Part shown: positions 37,285 to 46,868 of the stretch, in pieces
Layout of the letters: the number at the start of each line of letters is the position of its first letter
How positions within the stretch are numbered: the stretch's first letter is position 1
From: Patescibacteria group bacterium
GTDB taxonomy: Bacteria > Patescibacteriota > Patescibacteriia > UBA1558 > GWA2-36-10
Reading direction: 5' to 3'
DNA: 64,000 bases
Assembly: GCA_041662585.1 (NCBI GenBank)
Contig: JBAZSG010000002.1
Coordinates: forward strand, 81,525 to 145,524
Notes under the pieces: generated by a model
What the model saw: only the letters and a program-made list of their open reading frames with translations
Told to the model about the DNA's origin: nothing
The model's database searches: none
Made by a program: the position numbers and the translations under genes

Positions 37285-38868
37285 ATGTCAAAAATAAAAA
37301 ATCTAATAAAAAAATTTAAGTTAGACTATATTATATTGGCTATAATAATGTCTATTTACTATGGATATATTCAATGGAATAATTTTGTAGGCGATCCAGA
37401 TGGTTTCTATCATGCCAAATTAGCTAAATGGCTAGCTGAGGGCAAATTAATAGAAAGTCTTCCTTGGATGCAATTTTCTAGCCTTAGAAACGATTTTACA
37501 GATCATCATCTACTATACCATCTATTATTAGCCCCTTTTACCATTTTTTTTGATCCAATGATAGGTGTAAAAATAGCCACTGTAATATTTGCTGTAGCTA
37601 TGGTATTAACTTTTTATTGGTTTTTAAAAAGATTCAATATTCCGTGGCCTTTTATTTTTGCTACGTCTTTTTTAATATTAAATGGTTTTAATTTTAGAGC
37701 CTCCTTAATAAAAGCAAATACTTTGTCCGTGTTAATGCTCTATTTAATTGTTTATGCTTTGTTTAAACAAAAATATTGGCTCAGTACCTTACTATCAGCT
37801 ATGTTTATCTGGCTCTATGGTGGTTGGCCTTTAGCAATATTAATTCTTATCACATATCTTATCTCTTATAAAATATATAAAAAATTAAATACTAATAAAT
37901 TAAAAATATTTTTAAACAAAAGTATAGAATTGCTAGGCCCATTTCAAAAAAAATATAAATTATTAAAAACATCTTTATATCTACTTGGTGGTTTAGCCCT
38001 AGGGCTGATAATCAATCCTTACTGGCCAAAAAATTTGTATTTTTATTATCAGCAAGTTTTACAAATTGGTATCATAAACATGAGCAGCCAATTTAATGTT
38101 GGCAATGAATGGTATGGAGCTGATATGAGTCAAATTATTTTTTCTAGTCCTCATCTTTCAGTCATAGCTATAATTGCTATTATGGTTTTATCTTTTAATA
38201 TAAAAAAAATCAGCCATCTTACTTGGTTTGCTTTTTTAATGTCTCTGGGATTTTTTATATTGACTATAAAATCAAAAAGATATATAGAATATTATATGCC
38301 TTTTACTATCTTATTTATAGCTAGCGCTAGTAAAGATATAAAAGAATTTATTGATTGGTCAAAATATTTAAAAACGTGGAAAAACTTGTCCCAACAAATA
38401 CGCATTTGTTTGACAATAACTGCTTTGTTATTTTTGACAATAACCATGCCCTTTGCCTATGATAGCATTCTAAATGTCAGCTTAAGAAATAAATACCCTA
38501 TAGACAAATTTCAAACGGCTAGTTTGTGGCTCAAAGAAAATACTGAAGCAAATTCTATAGTTTTTCATAGTGATTGGGATGAATGGCCAATTCTTTTTTA
38601 TAACAATGATCACAACTATTACATAATTGGTTTAGACCCTACTTTTATGGAAAATTATAATCCACAACTACATAAACTGTATAGAGAGATAACTTATGGC
38701 AACATTCGTTATAATATTTCCAAATATATAAAAAATGATTTTAAAGCTGATTATATCTTTGTGGACCGAGATGGTCATGAAAATTTTATACAAAATCTTA
38801 TCTTAGACAAAGGCGTATCAGAAGTATATCAAGATAATAAAACAATAATATACAAAATTATTCTTTAA
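37285..38868 (+). CDS. polytopic membrane protein, possible GT-C glycosyltransferase (ArnT/PMT-like)
   Basis: 527 aa, more than 10 TM helices. First loop GDPDGFYHAKLAKW resembles the acidic motif of GT-C enzymes. Large C-terminal soluble domain. Confidence 0.3.
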   Translation: MSKIKNLIKKFKLDYIILAIIMSIYYGYIQWNNFVGDPDGFYHAKLAKWLAEGKLIESLPWMQFSSLRNDFTDHHLLYHLLLAPFTIFFDPMIGVKIATVIFAVAMVLTFYWFLKRFNIPWPFIFATSFLILNGFNFRASLIKANTLSVLMLYLIVYALFKQKYWLSTLLSAMFIWLYGGWPLAILILITYLISYKIYKKLNTNKLKIFLNKSIELLGPFQKKYKLLKTSLYLLGGLALGLIINPYWPKNLYFYYQQVLQIGIINMSSQFNVGNEWYGADMSQIIFSSPHLSVIAIIAIMVLSFNIKKISHLTWFAFLMSLGFFILTIKSKRYIEYYMPFTILFIASASKDIKEFIDWSKYLKTWKNLSQQIRICLTITALLFLTITMPFAYDSILNVSLRNKYPIDKFQTASLWLKENTEANSIVFHSDWDEWPILFYNNDHNYYIIGLDPTFMENYNPQLHKLYREITYGNIRYNISKYIKNDFKADYIFVDRDGHENFIQNLILDKGVSEVYQDNKTIIYKIIL

Positions 38869-40780
38869 TATTTATTCTTTCACTGACTTTTTTTAAAATC
38901 AAATCAACTTTAGCATCTCGGATATCACTCAATTTTACCTCTCCCTGCCAAGAAAAAAGCTGATAAGCTTTAATATCGTCAGATAAATAATAATAAAAAT
39001 TTATCAAGTTATCTTCTGACCAATCAAAAACCAACCAAACACCATAATCTAATGGGATATCTATATAATAATCGTCTCCATAAAAACGCAGTAAATAATT
39101 ACTAATATCTGACTGTGTTTTTTGATAACTAATTTCTAATATATTAAGATTATCTTGTTTAAAATATTTGCCTGAAACTACAAAATCATTATTATCAAAG
39201 TCTTGTGGTTTTTCTGATGTGCTATAAATCGACAATTCTTTTTCTGATTTTACCAATGATTTATTTTGCCATAACAATAAATTATTTTTAGCAGCTATAA
39301 GAACATAATCATTGAGTCTATTACGAAAAATATCCGACACTTTTATATTATCAAAGTGTCTATTTTTTACTTGTTCAAAATAAGCTAAAATCTGCAACAT
39401 ATCTTCAGTGTCTATCAATATATAATCTACTTCGGGAAATTTAAAATCGTCTAAATAAAATTGTGTTTTACCCAAATAACTATACTGCAAAGGATAAATA
39501 TTTATCCGATTACTAAGTGCCGGCGCCAGAGAAGCACTGACTACCAAACTAGCCTCTTCTGGTATTTGATCAATAAAATATTGTCTATTTTCTCTTAACT
39601 CAGCTGCATAATGATAGAATAAAACATTTTTTATCGGCGATAAAAATACCGAAAAATAAATTACTGTAAAAACAAATAAACTAATAAATATATTTTTATG
39701 CGTCAAAATAGTTTGGCTAAATATAAACTTTTCTTTATTTACAATTTTATTAATAGCAAAAATAGTGGCTATAAAAAGTCCCGGCAAAAATACCGTCGCA
39801 TAATGCATACTATAAACTGCGCTATTGATGCCTTGTGCTGTCAGGGCAAATTGCATTAATGGAAAAAATAATAACCACAAATAACGAGGCGCCAACAATG
39901 GCAAAAATCCCAAGGCTATAGCCATAATAAAAAGACTAGCAATGTTATGCCCACTTAATAAATGCCCCAAAAATTGTAAAGGATGACTAAGCCAAATCCA
40001 TAATATTGATATCAAGCTGTCTCCTCCCAACCAGCCATAATACAAAAAAAACTTATTGCTATCACCCAAATTAAAAGAGGCAATAATTTGTAAAGCTCCT
40101 AGAAAATACAAAATTCCTAAAATTGGTGTAAATAACCACTTGGCACTTCTTTTATCTAAAAAGGCTAGTATAGAAAAACCAAGTAATATAAAACCGATAT
40201 CCTCCCTGACTAAAAGAGCTAAGACGAAAAATAATAACCATAATTTATAATTATGACTATAATAAAAATAAAATGCCCAAAATATAAAAAATATAGCAAA
40301 AGATAAAAAATGAAACTCAAAAAGATTAGCATTGTGTAATAAGAAATTAATAAACCAGAGAAATATAATACCCAAAGAAATTAATTTATTATTTATGACT
40401 TTTTTCGCTATCTTATAAATTGGCCAAGCACATAAAGCCAAAATTATACTCTGCATAATCAATAATATTTGCGGACTGGGCCATAATTTATATAAAGGTA
40501 ATAACAAAATAATTATTGGCGTAAAATGATCAGCTAAATAATTATTTAAATTAAAAGTCATAGCAAATAAACGCCCATTGCTAGTATTAAAAAATACTTG
40601 ATTAAAAATAGTCAAATCAAAAATATTATAACTAAAATTATAATATTTTTTTAAGCTCAGCCAAGAAAAAAATAAACTATATATAAAAATAGCTAGCCAA
40701 AGTATTTTATAACTATATTGTTTCAGAAATTTCAACATTAAGTTAATTATATCATAAAAAAATGTATTTTTGACAAACAA
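38858..40780 (-). CDS. polytopic membrane protein, hypothetical (DUF-type or GT-C-like)
   Basis: 640 aa, about 12 TM helices in the N-terminal 430 aa, then a soluble C-terminal domain. Convergent with, and overlapping by 11 nt, the 37285 gene. Confidence 0.3.
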   Translation of the reverse strand: MFVKNTFFYDIINLMLKFLKQYSYKILWLAIFIYSLFFSWLSLKKYYNFSYNIFDLTIFNQVFFNTSNGRLFAMTFNLNNYLADHFTPIIILLLPLYKLWPSPQILLIMQSIILALCAWPIYKIAKKVINNKLISLGIIFLWFINFLLHNANLFEFHFLSFAIFFIFWAFYFYYSHNYKLWLLFFVLALLVREDIGFILLGFSILAFLDKRSAKWLFTPILGILYFLGALQIIASFNLGDSNKFFLYYGWLGGDSLISILWIWLSHPLQFLGHLLSGHNIASLFIMAIALGFLPLLAPRYLWLLFFPLMQFALTAQGINSAVYSMHYATVFLPGLFIATIFAINKIVNKEKFIFSQTILTHKNIFISLFVFTVIYFSVFLSPIKNVLFYHYAAELRENRQYFIDQIPEEASLVVSASLAPALSNRINIYPLQYSYLGKTQFYLDDFKFPEVDYILIDTEDMLQILAYFEQVKNRHFDNIKVSDIFRNRLNDYVLIAAKNNLLLWQNKSLVKSEKELSIYSTSEKPQDFDNNDFVVSGKYFKQDNLNILEISYQKTQSDISNYLLRFYGDDYYIDIPLDYGVWLVFDWSEDNLINFYYYLSDDIKAYQLFSWQGEVKLSDIRDAKVDLILKKVSERINIKE

Positions 40781-40829
40781 AAAACTCTCTTTCCAGAGAG
40801 TCTATAAGTATATTATAGAATATAGTAAT

Positions 40830-41216
40830 TTATTGTGGTATGGCTACCCCAGTGGCGTTGCCCAAGGCCATCATCACGGTCCTAGTCAAAATATAAGCTA
40901 AGAAGGCAATTGATATACCTATCAAAGCGTTTTTTATACTCGTTTTGGCAGCCAATACTTTCTCTGGATTACCACCTGAAGTCATCCAATTAAATCCGGC
41001 TGATACTAAAAAATAAGTAAAAAACATCATAAAGGCTCCCAAAAAACCATTGATCCATCTACCCACGACCACATAAACATCGGCATCTTCTCCCATAGGG
41101 AAGTTTGCTTCTCTAGCTGCTGTATCAAGTCCAGAATCAATAGGAGCTGCTAAAGTAATGATCGGCAACACAATCAATAATAAAAAAATGCTTAATTTAT
41201 ATTTCGTTAGTTTCAT
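40830..41216 (-). CDS. small secreted two-TM protein, VirB2/TrbC-pilin-like topology (paralog 4)
   Basis: 128 aa. Signal peptide (LLIVLPIITLAAP), TM1, loop AGFNWMTSGGNPEKVLAAK, TM2. Confidence 0.4.
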   Translation of the reverse strand: MKLTKYKLSIFLLLIVLPIITLAAPIDSGLDTAAREANFPMGEDADVYVVVGRWINGFLGAFMMFFTYFLVSAGFNWMTSGGNPEKVLAAKTSIKNALIGISIAFLAYILTRTVMMALGNATGVAIPQ

Positions 41217-41297
41217 TTTTTGTTTTTAAACTCTAGTCTAAGCTCTAGTAGGTCATTGTGATAGATGACCTACTATAGTCTAGACTACATAGGTCAA

Positions 41298-41654
41298 CTA
41301 TGCTGTGGCGGTATAAAGTTCGCTCAATACGAATCTAGATACAGCGTAAGCTGTTAGTACGATTACTAGACCGACAACGCCAGCGCCGATAAGTTTTTTG
41401 GCTTCGTCAACTTTTTCAGTATTACCTTGAGAAGTCATCCATTTGAAACCACCCATCAAAATAATTAAAGTTGTTAAAATTCCTAAAAATCCTAAGATGA
41501 TGTTTACTACACCACCAATAGTTTCTCTTAATGGTCTTGAACCTAAAGCAATGTCAGTGTCTGTAAAATCATTATATCCCCAAGAACCAAGATTTGCTTG
41601 AGCGTTAGCTAGAGCTGGAAATGCTAATAAGGCTAATGTAAGTATTTTTTTCAT
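41298..41654 (-). CDS. small secreted two-TM protein, VirB2/TrbC-pilin-like topology (paralog 3)
   Basis: Start moved to ATG 41654 (MKKILTLALLAFPALANA signal peptide), preceded by strong SD GAAAGGGGGTGA. The provided ORF extends to 41702. Loop GGFKWMTSQGNTEKVDEAKK. Confidence 0.4.
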   Translation of the reverse strand: MKKILTLALLAFPALANAQANLGSWGYNDFTDTDIALGSRPLRETIGGVVNIILGFLGILTTLIILMGGFKWMTSQGNTEKVDEAKKLIGAGVVGLVIVLTAYAVSRFVLSELYTATA

Positions 41655-41741
41655 ATTTTCACCCCCTTTCAAATATAATAGATTAATTAAATTATAGAAC
41701 AAAAATAAGCTTTTTACAATCTGTTATCAACAGATATTTAA

Positions 41742-42077
41742 TTATGCCTCACTACCTATCAATGTAAAGACAAAATTGAGTATTACATAGCTCATAAATA
41801 TAATAATCAGGCCTAATATAGCCCACAAGACAGTGTCTTTGCCTTGTTTTAATCTGTCGGCACTTCCTTGAGAAGTCATCCATACTATACCTCCCCAAAC
41901 CAGCATAAACAAAGCTATGGCACCTGTCACCCCCATCAAACCCTTAATCATTTGCCCGGCAAGCTCTGGAATATTTTCAGCTTGTAAAGGATTTGGTATC
42001 TTTATCCTTGCACTTTGTGCTCTAGCCGTATAAGGAAGAAACATGATAAGAGCTATAAAAAGTTTTTTAATAAACAT
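41742..42077 (-). CDS. small secreted two-TM protein, VirB2/TrbC-pilin-like topology (paralog 2)
   Basis: 111 aa. Signal peptide ...YTARAQ, TM1, loop GGIVWMTSQGSADRLKQGKD, TM2. Confidence 0.4.
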   Translation of the reverse strand: MFIKKLFIALIMFLPYTARAQSARIKIPNPLQAENIPELAGQMIKGLMGVTGAIALFMLVWGGIVWMTSQGSADRLKQGKDTVLWAILGLIIIFMSYVILNFVFTLIGSEA

Positions 42078-42092
42078 AAAGCTATTGATAAA

Positions 42093-42725
42093 TTAGTTAT
42101 ATACACAAACTTGTCCATTAGGACATATGCCTGTAGCATTTGGCACTGGTTCTAAATCGACTATTGGTGGTGAAACACATTGACCAGTTCTAGTATCAGC
42201 ACTTTGACTTAAAGCCTGTATTTCACAAATAGTCAAACATTTTTCAGAAAAATTATCTACTGGACCAGGTGGAATAACACCTGAACATTGTTTGTCTGCA
42301 CCACAAGATGTCCCTCTAGCAGCGCCCTGACAAGAAGCAAACTCTCCTTCTTCAATCCTAAACTCCTGACGAACATTCAATACATCGTTGACAAAAAAAG
42401 TTAAAATCAAATAACTACCAAAGGCTAAGATAAGTGCAAAAACAGTATTGAGCATAATGGTTTTTCCTTGATTTACTTTTTCAGCACTACCTCCAGAAAT
42501 AAGCCAACGTATACCGCCCCAAACAAAAAACAATAAAGCTACGGCCCCCATAGCTCCTAATAATAACTGAATTAAAGAAGAAAAAGCTATAGCTATATCA
42601 GCAACACTACAATCCCCTCTACCAGTACAATAAGCCACGTCGTCCAAAAAACCAGCCTGAGCTATATGAGGCAATATAAATAATACACCACTAATCAATA
42701 AAATTTTAGTTATTCGGTGGTACAT
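42093..42725 (-). CDS. small secreted two-TM protein, pilin-like (paralog 1) with C-terminal Cys-rich extracellular domain
   Basis: 210 aa. Signal peptide ...HIAQA, loop GGIRWLISGGSAEKVNQGK, then an about 90-aa tail with at least 10 Cys (CQGAARGTSCGADKQCSG...CPNGQVCVYN). Confidence 0.4.
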   Translation of the reverse strand: MYHRITKILLISGVLFILPHIAQAGFLDDVAYCTGRGDCSVADIAIAFSSLIQLLLGAMGAVALLFFVWGGIRWLISGGSAEKVNQGKTIMLNTVFALILAFGSYLILTFFVNDVLNVRQEFRIEEGEFASCQGAARGTSCGADKQCSGVIPPGPVDNFSEKCLTICEIQALSQSADTRTGQCVSPPIVDLEPVPNATGICPNGQVCVYN

Positions 42726-44085
42726 AGGTTTGGTTTATTTTATTAATAAATAAGTTTATTGGCGTTGCTTCTTGGTCCATTATCAATTTACCCGAAACCA
42801 AGTCATCAATAATTTCGGCTGTATATTGCTCAGCTAAAGTAATATTGTAGCCATTGTACCAGTTGGTGGCCGTCAAAACCTGTGAAGCAAAAGGAGCTAT
42901 TTCATAATCATTTAATTGTTCATCTATCAAGGCTCTGAGAGCGGTTGGTCTTTTGTTGGCCTTTAAATAAATGGATACTTTATCAGCGGCGGCCGTACTT
43001 TGTATAAAATTCCAAGCTGCGTCTGTATTTTTAGATTTTTTAGCTACTACATTTACCCAATAATCAGCATAATATTTACTACCTTGAGCTCCTCTGGTTT
43101 GGGGGAAATTTTTGATATCCCAATCAAACTGAAGATTTCTGGCTCGAAGCTGATCAGCATGATAACTATAGCCAAATAAATAAGCCAATCGGCCACTAGC
43201 AAATACTTCTAAAGCGTCGTCAAGATCTGCATTCCAACTGTAGCTAGCCTTACCGGGACGAGCAAAATCAGTATAAAAATTAAAAGCTTGAGACAGGCGA
43301 GTAGCTGATTCTCTATCAGCCAAAGGATCAAATTGTTTTCCATCGGCTATTACTCCATTTTGAAGCATAATACTAGAAAAAACATCAAAAAAACGAGGTA
43401 TATTGTGTGTTCCACCCAAAGCTACGGCTGATTGAATTATTTTGTTACTATCTGTTGCCTTGGTCAAGCGTGATGCTTGTTCAACTAAATCAAAAAAATC
43501 GTCCATTGGCTCTGGAATACCAGCTTTGGTAAGTAAATCAATGTTATAAAAAGTAACCAAAGTATCTAAATAATAAGGCAAACCATAAACTTTATCTTCC
43601 ATTACTACGTCATCATATACTACCGATACATATTGATTTTTAATATCTTGAGCTGATAAACCCTTAAAAGTTTTGATCACCGTGACCAGTTCTTCTTTAA
43701 TTGAACCTTGTAATTCGTATACTGGTATCTGATAAGTATTTGGCATGGGGACAATGCGATGTTGATAATTTTTGAGCCAAGTAGAAGGAATAGCAAAAAT
43801 ATCTGGACCTCTGTCATCTGCCCAAGCCTCTAGCAGCTTGCGTTCATATTCTTCGTATCTAAAATTTTTATAATTTACTTTGATGGTTGGATGACTTGTT
43901 TGATAATCAGCTATCAAAGCGCTAAGCTGTTCTGGTGTATCCCAAACTCCCCAATATTCTAAAGTAATTGGTTCATAAAGCTCAGCTGGTCCTGATTTAA
44001 AAAGCTTACAAGAAAAACCAGTATTGACTATAAAGACTGTTAATATAACTAATAAAAATAATTTTTTTCTTGGTTTGAAAAGCAT
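42706..44085 (-). CDS. extracellular solute-binding protein (family 1, sugar-ABC-type), lipoprotein
   Basis: 459 aa. Lipobox ...NTGFSC, periplasmic-binding-protein type 2 fold signatures (YWGVW...). No permease or ATPase genes nearby. Confidence 0.55.
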   Translation of the reverse strand: MLFKPRKKLFLLVILTVFIVNTGFSCKLFKSGPAELYEPITLEYWGVWDTPEQLSALIADYQTSHPTIKVNYKNFRYEEYERKLLEAWADDRGPDIFAIPSTWLKNYQHRIVPMPNTYQIPVYELQGSIKEELVTVIKTFKGLSAQDIKNQYVSVVYDDVVMEDKVYGLPYYLDTLVTFYNIDLLTKAGIPEPMDDFFDLVEQASRLTKATDSNKIIQSAVALGGTHNIPRFFDVFSSIMLQNGVIADGKQFDPLADRESATRLSQAFNFYTDFARPGKASYSWNADLDDALEVFASGRLAYLFGYSYHADQLRARNLQFDWDIKNFPQTRGAQGSKYYADYWVNVVAKKSKNTDAAWNFIQSTAAADKVSIYLKANKRPTALRALIDEQLNDYEIAPFASQVLTATNWYNGYNITLAEQYTAEIIDDLVSGKLIMDQEATPINLFINKINQTYVPPNN

Positions 44086-44092
44086 TATAAAA

Positions 44093-44956
44093 CTATTTTA
44101 ATGTTTTAAGATATTTTTTTAAAAAAGCCTTAAGTTCTGGCTTGTCTTTGGCATACTCTAGATTTGTCCTAAGTAAATTGAGAGGATCTCCCGTCGTCAA
44201 CCACTGACCATCTTTAATCTCTTTGGCATAAAACTTGCCACCAGCTTTGATATAATCACGAATAGCATCAACTATCCACAATTCCTTTCCTTTTCCTAGT
44301 CTGGTTTTTTTCAAAACATTTATAATCTCCTGATTTAAAATCATACGCCCAAAGTCTGCTAGACGAGAAGGTGCTTCCGCTACACTTGGTTTTTCAATAA
44401 TACCATCGAGTTGCATTGTCTTTTTATCTTTAATACTGACAATCCCATATCTATTGACTTGATTACGAGGAACTTCTTGAACACCAATCATCAAATGACC
44501 TGTTTGATTATAGTCGTCAATCATTTGTTTGGTAAAAGAAACTTTTGATTTTACTAAATCATCTCCCCAAACATACAGAAATGGCTCGTCGTCTACCAAA
44601 GAAGCGGCTGATAAAACAGGGGTACCATTGCCATAAGGACCTTTTTGTCTGACATATATAAAATTGGCCATTTCAGAAATTTTCTTTATTTCTGCTAACT
44701 TTTCTTTTTTGCCAGCTTTGGCCAATTCATTTTCTAGAGCCCAAGAATGATCAAAATGATCTTCCAGTGGTTTTTTGTCCCATTTTGTAACCAAAATAAT
44801 ATCTTCAATGCCTCCAGCCACTAGCTCTTCAACTACCAATTGAATGGCTGGTTTATCCACTATTGGCAACATTTCTTTGGGCATAGATTTTGTAGCTGGT
44901 AACAATCGTGTGCCTGACCCAGCTACGGCAATTATAGCTTTTTTAACTTTTTTCAT
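44093..44956 (-). CDS. galU: UTP--glucose-1-phosphate uridylyltransferase
   Basis: 287 aa. AIIAVAGSGTRLLPATKSMPKEMLPIVDKP N-terminus. Confidence 0.85.
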   Translation of the reverse strand: MKKVKKAIIAVAGSGTRLLPATKSMPKEMLPIVDKPAIQLVVEELVAGGIEDIILVTKWDKKPLEDHFDHSWALENELAKAGKKEKLAEIKKISEMANFIYVRQKGPYGNGTPVLSAASLVDDEPFLYVWGDDLVKSKVSFTKQMIDDYNQTGHLMIGVQEVPRNQVNRYGIVSIKDKKTMQLDGIIEKPSVAEAPSRLADFGRMILNQEIINVLKKTRLGKGKELWIVDAIRDYIKAGGKFYAKEIKDGQWLTTGDPLNLLRTNLEYAKDKPELKAFLKKYLKTLK

Positions 44957-44995
44957 GTATATATTATACTAAAATTTAAGCTTTATGTAAATAAA

Positions 44996-45616
44996 TTAGG
45001 CGAAAATATTTTTACGATGTTCAAAAATATGAGCTCCTAAATCAAAAATTGTCTTAAGTATGACCAAAAAAACTATAGCCGAAATATTTTGATCATAGTT
45101 AGCATAAATAAACCCTCCTCCAGCGAGCATCACCACCAAATGCATTATTACTACTCGTTTATAAGGAGCAAACATTTGCTTTACTAAACTAGTATTTCTA
45201 TATTCTTCTTTTTTTATAAAATTAAATACAAAAGACATGCCATGACTTAAAAATATAAAAGCCAATGATATAAATAAACCCTCTAAATATTTAAAAACTA
45301 TTTTAAAGGCTTCAAGTTGTCCGGTAGCACTAGCTAGCTCTGGCTGGAAAAGCTGTAATACAAAAAATAAATGTACAAACATAAAAATAGAATAGTGCAC
45401 AATAAAAAATGGCAACAGAGGTGTAAAAGTATTATTATTTATTTTTTGTATTTTCAAGACATTAAAAAATCCTACGACAGCTGACTCTAGCCAATACAAA
45501 ACAATCACGGTAAATACATCCCAAGCCAAAAATAAAACCCCAAACAGAGGAATCATATTGGCCAAAATCAAAACTAAAGCAGATGGATAAAAAAATATTT
45601 TATTAAACTTTGACAT
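44996..45616 (-). CDS. membrane protein, hypothetical
   Basis: 206 aa, 5-6 TM helices. Overlaps the next gene by 14 nt. Confidence 0.3.
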   Translation of the reverse strand: MSKFNKIFFYPSALVLILANMIPLFGVLFLAWDVFTVIVLYWLESAVVGFFNVLKIQKINNNTFTPLLPFFIVHYSIFMFVHLFFVLQLFQPELASATGQLEAFKIVFKYLEGLFISLAFIFLSHGMSFVFNFIKKEEYRNTSLVKQMFAPYKRVVIMHLVVMLAGGGFIYANYDQNISAIVFLVILKTIFDLGAHIFEHRKNIFA

Positions 45617-46868
45617 TATTTTTATATTTAGCTACTAAAAATGTAAAAGCCAACATTATAAAAAACAATAAAGCCAAATCATTTTTAAAATAAGGAACAT
45701 CTACCAATCCATGCACAAACCAAGTAAACCACATCATAGCTAGTGGCCAAGCTAAATCATTTTTGGCTTTAAATGTATCTTTGAGCAAATAAACAATATA
45801 AATCATTAGGGCTATAAAAACAATTAGCCCCAAAATACCAAGCTCTGTCCAAAAATTTAGAAAAATATTGTGTGGGTAAAGATAAATTTCAAGCCAATCT
45901 GTCTGATGATACTGGGCCAAGGCTTTTTGATAGACTCCAATGCCTGTGCCTGTCAAAAAATTATCTACCAACAAATCACTGGTTTCTTGCCATTGATTAA
46001 AACGAATATCTAAAGAAGAAGACTGTAGATTTAGTTTTGGATTAAAATCTATATTAGGTAAAATTAATAAAATGCCCAGTAAGCCAATCATTATTATAGC
46101 AATGCCTATTTTGCGTATTTTTTTGGCTAAAATTAGTGCTAAAAATATAGACAAACCAATGGCTACTATTGCTCCCTGACTGACGGTCATAATAGCCAAA
46201 GCCAAACCAAAAATAGCTAATACAGCATAATGCCAATTTTGTATTTTTTGTTTACTATAAAGCCATAGACCAGCAAAAAAAGCAGTAAGGGGCGCAGTCA
46301 AAAGACTAAGTGCATTGGGATATGAAAATGGACCAGTCAATCTTTTGACATTGGGAAAATTGTAAGCCCCGATATAGTTCCAATTTGTAAAATTTTGATA
46401 CATGCTTGTAGAGAATAAATGAAGCAACAACAAGACAAACGAATTGATGATAACTTGCCAATCTTTTTTGTCGCGAATAGTATAAATAAAAACCAAAAAA
46501 AACATCATTGGCTCTAAAAAATACGCTCGCCACAATCCCAAACTACTAAAAGAAAAATTTGTTATAAGAGCCGAGATACTAGCCAATATCCATAAGCTCA
46601 GTAAATATCTAAGTATTTTAGGGACTGGATTTTTATCATTATTTTTAAAATAAAAATTTATTGTTTGATATCGCTTGTCTTTAAACAACCAAAATAAAAA
46701 TAAATAAACTATCATCAATTCCAAAAAAGTAGTTGGCAATCCCAAAATATCAAAACGCCATAGATAAGATGGTAAGAGGACTATCACAAAACCTAAACCC
46801 CATGTCAATTTATGGCGACAAGTAAAAATAAAAGCTATAAAAATTAAAACAAAAAATAAATTCATCAT
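45603..46868 (-). CDS. O-antigen ligase/polymerase-like (Wzy_C-like) membrane protein
   Basis: 421 aa, about 11 TM helices with a large loop near the C-terminal third. Adjacent to a flippase. Assignment by topology and context only. Confidence 0.35.
   Translation of the reverse strand: MMNLFFVLIFIAFIFTCRHKLTWGLGFVIVLLPSYLWRFDILGLPTTFLELMIVYLFLFWLFKDKRYQTINFYFKNNDKNPVPKILRYLLSLWILASISALITNFSFSSLGLWRAYFLEPMMFFLVFIYTIRDKKDWQVIINSFVLLLLHLFSTSMYQNFTNWNYIGAYNFPNVKRLTGPFSYPNALSLLTAPLTAFFAGLWLYSKQKIQNWHYAVLAIFGLALAIMTVSQGAIVAIGLSIFLALILAKKIRKIGIAIIMIGLLGILLILPNIDFNPKLNLQSSSLDIRFNQWQETSDLLVDNFLTGTGIGVYQKALAQYHQTDWLEIYLYPHNIFLNFWTELGILGLIVFIALMIYIVYLLKDTFKAKNDLAWPLAMMWFTWFVHGLVDVPYFKNDLALLFFIMLAFTFLVAKYKNNVKV

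Noticed and set aside
41719-41735. Palindrome CTGTTATCAACAG considered as a LexA/SOS box
   Set aside because: The spacer between CTGT and ACAG is 5 nt, not the 8 nt of the proteobacterial LexA box, and it does not match the CGAAC-N4-GTTCG Gram-positive box. Kept only as an unspecified operator-like palindrome.
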